Shown in pieces: positions 56,619-61,389 of a stretch of 61,389 nt of DNA. The first letter of the stretch is position 1; every line of letters starts with the position of its first letter. This DNA is from a virus. Its lineage: Duplodnaviria; Caudoviricetes. The notes under the pieces were generated by a model. The model ran no database searches. It saw only the letters and a program-made list of their open reading frames with translations, and was not told the DNA's origin. The position numbers and the translations under genes are program-made. Location of the stretch: the IMG/VR virus record IMGVR_UViG_3300031841_001859, positions 1-61,389 of that record; one strand, written 5' to 3'.

Positions 56619-56652
56619 AAAAAGCCGAGTGATTTTATCGCTCGGCTTTTTT
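56619..56652. terminator. Bidirectional terminator-like hairpin
   Basis: AAAAAGCCGAGTGAT-ttt-ATCGCTCGGCTTTTTT. Confidence 0.7.
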
Positions 56653-56791
56653 AATTAGAAATCGAAACAGTACAAATGTAAATCAAGGATGCGAAGAGTT
56701 AATTCGTATTCTGGTTCGGAGTAAAAAAAAATTCTAGTGTGCAAAACTTTTGCATACTATTTCATCCTAACTTTGTTTGGATTAAGCGCAC

Positions 56792-56825
56792 AAAAAAACC
56801 GGCACTAAGGCCGGCTTTCTTTTTT
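56792..56825. terminator. Terminator hairpin after ORF 56837-57544
   Basis: A7-CCGGC-actaag-GCCGG followed by a T-rich run. Confidence 0.7.
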
Positions 56826-56836
56826 GTCTAAGGGTT

Positions 56837-57544
56837 TTACACCTCGACTCCTTTAAACCTTTCTAAGAGATGCGCATTTTCACTCTTGTAGGCTGCTTGG
56901 AGTTTCTCTAGTAGTAGGTCTCCGACTCTTTCGATATAGTATCTATTAGCTGCGGACCTACCTCCATCGTAGTAAGCCTCAACTTCCTCTTGGTAGTTAT
57001 ATTTAAGGCTCTTGCTTTCCGGCAAATTTAAATACTTGTCGATGGTATCAACCACTTCTTCATTAGTGTCATCCCTCCAGTAATACTCCCATGAGTAATC
57101 TTCGTAAATTTCATTATATACCTCTCTTCTATCATACTTATTTGTACCACCATTGTTGTACAAATCGTAGTAAATATTAGAGTACACTCTGAAACATTCA
57201 AGCAAAGGTTTAAAGGATTGCTTGTCTTGTAGAAAACTCGGTAGGTCATTTATAACCGCTCCGCTTTGCGGAATTAGCTTTTCAACCTTATCTGAAAAGT
57301 CCTGGTATTTACCATTGCCACTCCAGTAAGAGCCATCTTTTAACTTAAAGGAATTGGCTAAGTGATTTTCATATTTAGCCCACCACTCGGTCGGGTTATC
57401 ACATAGCATTGAGATTAAATCCATTTGGTCCTCCTCAGCTAGTAAGCTAAAGGTATCTTCGCCCTTTAATTCTTGGGCCATATAGTTCAAAAGTTTTTCA
57501 ACTTGTTCGGGCATCAGTCGATGCAATTGTTTTACATTATTCAT
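56837..57544 (-). CDS. Hypothetical early protein
   Basis: SYWSGNGKYQ...LIPQSG...IYYDLYNNG. Confidence 0.7.
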   Translation of the reverse strand: MNNVKQLHRLMPEQVEKLLNYMAQELKGEDTFSLLAEEDQMDLISMLCDNPTEWWAKYENHLANSFKLKDGSYWSGNGKYQDFSDKVEKLIPQSGAVINDLPSFLQDKQSFKPLLECFRVYSNIYYDLYNNGGTNKYDRREVYNEIYEDYSWEYYWRDDTNEEVVDTIDKYLNLPESKSLKYNYQEEVEAYYDGGRSAANRYYIERVGDLLLEKLQAAYKSENAHLLERFKGVEV

Positions 57545-57622
57545 ATTTATTTAGTTTTAATTAATGTTACTGTTTCATCCTTTTGGAATCATCAGTCGGA
57601 GCACACACTCCGAAACAGCGGA

Positions 57623-57642
57623 GAGTGTCGTGAGCGACACTC
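57623..57642. repeat. Palindrome GTGTCG-N4-CGACAC, copy 4 (intergenic)
   Basis: GAGTGTCG-TGAG-CGACACTC. Confidence 0.9.
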
Positions 57643-57651
57643 CCCTAGCTT

Positions 57652-58611
57652 TTACTCCCTATCTATCCTTAAGGCAGTGTTAACCATTATCCATTCGCCA
57701 TCTCTATTGGTGGTCGCTCTGTATCTTCCATAGTGACTCGAGTCCTCATTTAAGTCCTCCGGTAGGTACGGGAGTATTCTTCTCGTAACCCTACCTTTGT
57801 CGAGCATCCTTTGAAAGTCCCTAGCTAGCTGAAAGACCTCCTCGACTTTGGCTGCATCTTGGTCGTACATCCTCATCACTATCGGCCTACACTTCTCTAG
57901 GAAAGTGTTGAATCTAGTTCTCGGTCTATGTACTGCAGTGTCCATCAGTTCAAAGAAGAGCGAGTATCTCTTCATTAGTGACTCGGTGCTTGGGACAGCA
58001 CTCGGGAATCTATACTCGGCCACTTTTGACTTTGCATTGATTACCCCCCTCCAGTAGCCGGAGTTATTTAAGAACATATCCCCGTTGCCGTATCTCTTTT
58101 TAAGCCTACCTTTGTACATTGCATATATAAGCCCGGAGAACGGCTTTAAAGCGGCTTTCAGTTCTCTTCCGGACATCCCGTGAGCGGAGAGATTAATATG
58201 CCCTCCGCACGTTGTGTCCACTGGAGCATCCAGTATCGGTCTAGCCTCGGCCATCAAGTCCATCATCTTGTTTTTAAGATTAGAGTTAGGTACTAGCGGG
58301 AGTATGTTTGTAATTGCTTCACAGTCCCTTTCCGACCTTGGACTCCTTGCTACGGAGGAATCTCTTTCATACCCTCTAAAAATTGGGTACTCTTCCTCGT
58401 TATGCACAGTGAGTTTCTCTACCTCAAAGCCTATAGCAAATTTGGTTTTTAAGTATTTGCCATCGGGACTCGGAACATAATATTTTTTATTTACATCCCT
58501 TAGTTCTTGAGCCGGTACGATATTAAATTTTCTATCTAAGCCCTCAGTGCCATTGTATCTAACAAGGTGAGCCCTTGCTCTTTGTCCAGTTTTGTTGTAT
58601 TTAATTCTCAT
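57652..58611 (-). CDS. Putative amidoligase (COOH-NH2 ligase type 2)
   Basis: IGFEVE, ERDSS, EAIT, TCGGHINLS, EYR.P. Confidence 0.7.
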   Translation of the reverse strand: MRIKYNKTGQRARAHLVRYNGTEGLDRKFNIVPAQELRDVNKKYYVPSPDGKYLKTKFAIGFEVEKLTVHNEEEYPIFRGYERDSSVARSPRSERDCEAITNILPLVPNSNLKNKMMDLMAEARPILDAPVDTTCGGHINLSAHGMSGRELKAALKPFSGLIYAMYKGRLKKRYGNGDMFLNNSGYWRGVINAKSKVAEYRFPSAVPSTESLMKRYSLFFELMDTAVHRPRTRFNTFLEKCRPIVMRMYDQDAAKVEEVFQLARDFQRMLDKGRVTRRILPYLPEDLNEDSSHYGRYRATTNRDGEWIMVNTALRIDRE

Positions 58612-59380
58612 CTTGAACAGTGTTTACATTATCAAATATGTATTGAGCGCAAGCCCTTTGGAACATCCCTAAAAATTCATTTTGAGTATCGCCCTCAAGC
58701 CTTGTTTGTGACCCTCTATTGGTAGAAAATTTAATTTGTTTCCATTGGCCATCTACTTTGATTTTCATAGAGCCCTCAAAGAATTTGCTTAGCTCTTGGC
58801 TTATCTCAGTTGCAACCTCCTCCGGAGTAATCTCGGCACTGGTATCTACAAGAGAGTTCATTATTGAATTTTTAACATCAACCGGTAAATCTGAATATCT
58901 AGTTGTATCGGCTGCTTTCATTGCATCGGCCTTAGCCTTTGCTACTTTGTTAAAAGAGTCGATATCAATTTTAACCTCTTGACCCGCAGATTTTGCAGTA
59001 TGTACTGCAGTTCTATATAAGTTTTGAGTATGTGCCGCCCCGTTGCCAGTTGCAAACTTAGCAGCCTTTTTCAGCCTATAGTACCAGGTATTTGATATTC
59101 TTAAAATTCTCTGAATATCCGTTGGACTCCAGGACATTTCCATATCTTCGAGCATAGCTTTAACACTTTGGTCTTTTAGCTTTTCCTCGATTTCTAAAAT
59201 TAACTTTCCTTTCTCGATTTGAGTGTTGAAAGTATCATATTGAGTTGCCTCAATTTGTTGGTCCAGTTGAGCATACTCCTCAAATTTTAGAGCAGTCGCA
59301 AGGCCTGGATGCCTTTCTAATAGTTGCTTTTCAGCATTGTTTAAATTTAACATAATTATAGTTTTAATTGTTAGTATCAA
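58601..59380 (-). CDS. First gene of the early arm, possible HTH protein
   Basis: WSPTDIQRILRISNTWYYRLKKAA. Confidence 0.6.
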   Translation of the reverse strand: MILTIKTIIMLNLNNAEKQLLERHPGLATALKFEEYAQLDQQIEATQYDTFNTQIEKGKLILEIEEKLKDQSVKAMLEDMEMSWSPTDIQRILRISNTWYYRLKKAAKFATGNGAAHTQNLYRTAVHTAKSAGQEVKIDIDSFNKVAKAKADAMKAADTTRYSDLPVDVKNSIMNSLVDTSAEITPEEVATEISQELSKFFEGSMKIKVDGQWKQIKFSTNRGSQTRLEGDTQNEFLGMFQRACAQYIFDNVNTVQDEN

Positions 59381-59602
59381 TGTTCATTTCTTGTTCATTG
59401 ATAGTTCAATTTAAGGTTATTATTTGAATATACAAAACAATTTACCAGGAAAATATGGACCAATTGCTACAATATCCTGTAAAGTATTGATATTAAAGAG
59501 TTTCTTTTGTATCTTTCCTGGAGTTTTGTTTTCTTTTTTTTTGGGTCGACAGGTGCAAAAGGGAAGGTCCTCCTTCCTCTTTTTTTGGAGAAACGGGGGA
59601 AG

Positions 59603-59618
59603 GTGTCGCGGGCGACAC
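59603..59618. repeat. Palindrome GTGTCG-N4-CGACAC, copy 5 (divergent intergenic region)
   Basis: GTGTCG-CGGG-CGACAC. Confidence 0.85.
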
Positions 59619-59798
59619 TGGCGAGCGACCGCGGGAGCGGGAGCGGTGCTAGAATTTTGCTAAAAAATTTGCACTAACCGGCCGAAAAATGCAGGGGGGA
59701 GTAAAAAAAATTTTGACTTTTTTTTTGTGGGTGGTCAGCGTCAGGGGGTAGGGAATATAAAACCCCTATATATCTCAAAAAAATTATTACCTTTGTAT

Positions 59799-59942
59799 AT
59801 GGATTATGAACTAGAAATACACAATCGAATTAAAATAGGATTCGCAGTTGGGTTTCAGTACTACGGTAAAGACGAAGATTATGATTGGTCGGAGCTCACA
59901 ATATTTTTAGGACTCATAAACATAGTAATTAAATATTCGTAA
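59799..59942 (+). CDS. Small hypothetical protein, probably near-leaderless
   Basis: ATG 3 nt after TACCTTTG (59788-59795). Confidence 0.55.
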   Translation: MDYELEIHNRIKIGFAVGFQYYGKDEDYDWSELTIFLGLINIVIKYS

Positions 59943-59943
59943 T

Positions 59944-60132
59944 ATGGCAAAAGATAATTTTGTAGAAGGTCTATACGTCAAGGACGGAAGACTTATCAAT
60001 GACCGTCCTAATGGAATGATGGGAATAGAGAAAGCAGCTAAGCTTAGAAAGATGGTCAAGAAGCAAGAGAAAGTACAGATGATATCAGACGGAATCCTTC
60101 AAGCGAAGATGTCTGAATTTTTTATGGATTAG
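59944..60132 (+). CDS. Small hypothetical protein
   Basis: GLYVKDGRLINDRP; followed by a terminator. Confidence 0.6.
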   Translation: MAKDNFVEGLYVKDGRLINDRPNGMMGIEKAAKLRKMVKKQEKVQMISDGILQAKMSEFFMD

Positions 60133-60167
60133 TTTAAATTCATAGTTAGTTGGTTTTAAGTGTTGAG

Positions 60168-60195
60168 AAGCTACTCTCTTAAGGGTAGCTTTTTT
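60168..60195 (+). terminator. Rho-independent terminator
   Basis: AAGCTACTCT-ctta-AGGGTAGCTTTTTT. Confidence 0.7.
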
Positions 60196-60203
60196 CATTA
60201 TAT

Positions 60204-60402
60204 ATGTCAACCTTTTTAGTTTATGTCAACCTTATGTCGAGAATTTTTAAAGTCGACATAACTTAACTTCTTTATTTACAATACTTTATATTCTTTATGT
60301 CGAAAATGTCGAGTTGAAAGCTATATTATAGAAGAAAAAAAATATATATATAAGTAAAATATATATATATAGTATAGAAAAAAAAAGTCGACATATTGAC
60401 AT
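60204..60402. repeat. Eight ATGTC(G/A)A repeats around an AT/TA-rich core (candidate origin)
   Basis: + strand at 60204, 60223, 60234, 60297, 60306; - strand at 60253, 60388, 60396. Confidence 0.7.
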
Positions 60403-60442
60403 AGGTCCAAATATTTTATATATTAGCATAAAATCTAATTGA

Positions 60443-61389
60443 ATGGAAACAGGAGGGTACTCACCAAAAGACTTGCACTTCGCAGATGGTGCAAGAAAAA
60501 AATTAATAAGCGGCATATCGAAAATGGCTAAGGCAGTTAAGTCTACACTTGGTCCTATGGGTAATACAGTGCTGATAGAATCCGCTTCACATACTCACGG
60601 CATAACAGTAACAAAGGACGGAGTGACTGTCGCTAAGTCTATACAACTACTAGACCCTGTGGAAAATTTAGCCGTACAGATGATGAGAGAGGCTGCCTCT
60701 CGAACAGCAGCCAACGCAGGGGATGGTACGACAACGGCTATAGTTCTTACCGAATCGCTAGTCAAACATGGTATAGAAGAGATAGAGAAAGCGGAAAATA
60801 AACCACAAGTGCTCCGTGATATTGTGGATGAGACTAATAATATAGTTAAGTCCCTTAAGAAAAGAAGTAAAGCTGTAAGCAAACAAAAGCTCCTAGATGT
60901 AGCAACTATATCTGCTAATAACGACAAATATATTGGCAAGATAATTGCAGATACTTACAACTCAGTTGGCAAAAACGGGATAGTGACCGTTGAGAAATCA
61001 CAAGGCTCAGAGACCAGCTTTGAAACAACACAAGGACTAAAAGTAGATAGAGGGTATTCTTCTCCTTTGTTTATAAACAACCATAAGAAAGACGAATGTG
61101 TGATGGAGGATGTGCACATATTAGTTTCTGATGCGGAGATAAATAATATACTAGTCGTTGAAAATATACTTAAACCTATAATAAATGAAGGAAAAAAATT
61201 ATTAATTGTAGCACCTTGTTCACAACAAGTCATAAACACCCTAGCGGCGAATGTGATGAAGAACTCCCTGAAGCTTTGCGCCATAATACCACCCTCCTTT
61301 GGCTATAAGCAACATGAACTGATGCAAGACATAGCTCTGTCAGTGGGTGCTACTTATTATTCTGAAAAGACAGGGGATGATTTATCTAT
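60443..61389 (+). CDS. groEL: Chaperonin GroEL, 5' part (missed by the ORF track because it runs off the end)
   Basis: METGGYSPKDLHFADGARKKL...AVKSTLGPMG..., TKDGVTVAKSI, AGDGTTTA, GLKVDRGY.SP.F. Confidence 0.95.
   Translation, partial: METGGYSPKDLHFADGARKKLISGISKMAKAVKSTLGPMGNTVLIESASHTHGITVTKDGVTVAKSIQLLDPVENLAVQMMREAASRTAANAGDGTTTAIVLTESLVKHGIEEIEKAENKPQVLRDIVDETNNIVKSLKKRSKAVSKQKLLDVATISANNDKYIGKIIADTYNSVGKNGIVTVEKSQGSETSFETTQGLKVDRGYSSPLFINNHKKDECVMEDVHILVSDAEINNILVVENILKPIINEGKKLLIVAPCSQQVINTLAANVMKNSLKLCAIIPPSFGYKQHELMQDIALSVGATYYSEKTGDDLS
61299..61389. repeat. Terminal overlap, copy 2
   Basis: Identical to 1-91. Confidence 0.95.

Noticed and set aside
61299-61389. 91-bp terminal repeat as a biological direct terminal repeat
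   Set aside because: It falls mid-groEL, and removing one copy restores a continuous frame; this is typical assembler overlap.
1-61389. Stop-codon reassignment as in some crAss-like phages
   Set aside because: Core genes are full length in the standard code, and TAA, TAG and TGA all end genes.

Overview
The window is an apparently complete, circularly assembled ~61.3 kb dsDNA tailed-phage genome: bases 1-91 are identical to 61299-61389, and groEL reads in frame across the join. Canonical TTTG-N20-TAnnTTTG promoters and the gene content point to a Bacteroidota (probably marine Flavobacteriia) host and a podovirus with a crAss-like/Cellulophaga-phage-type structural module. The + arm (59799 through the join to 44190) carries groEL/groES, many small basic proteins, tail fibres, lysis genes, terminase, portal, scaffold, major capsid, tail ring and muzzle proteins, and ejection proteins. 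The - arm (59380 to 44239) carries early genes, an amidoligase plus a GATase-GGCT fusion, recombination genes, primase, helicase and nucleases. I recognised no DNA polymerase, integrase, tRNA or CRISPR array. The best candidate for an undescribed system is at 30.2-35.5 kb. There a prolyl-4-hydroxylase (with a second 2OG-Fe(II) domain) and a GT32-type glycosyltransferase sit between two tail-muzzle genes that carry extensin-like Pro-Thr linkers and Cys-rich modules, suggesting phage-encoded hydroxyproline O-glycosylation of its own virion. Other signals: a dispersed GTGTCG-N4-CGACAC palindrome (5 perfect copies and 1 near-perfect), an endolysin whose N-terminus has no canonical start and sits -1 to a slippery A7 run, a blue-copper-like motif in a tail protein, an iteron-like origin candidate, and apparent GATC avoidance. 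All family calls come from motif recognition by eye; no searches were run.
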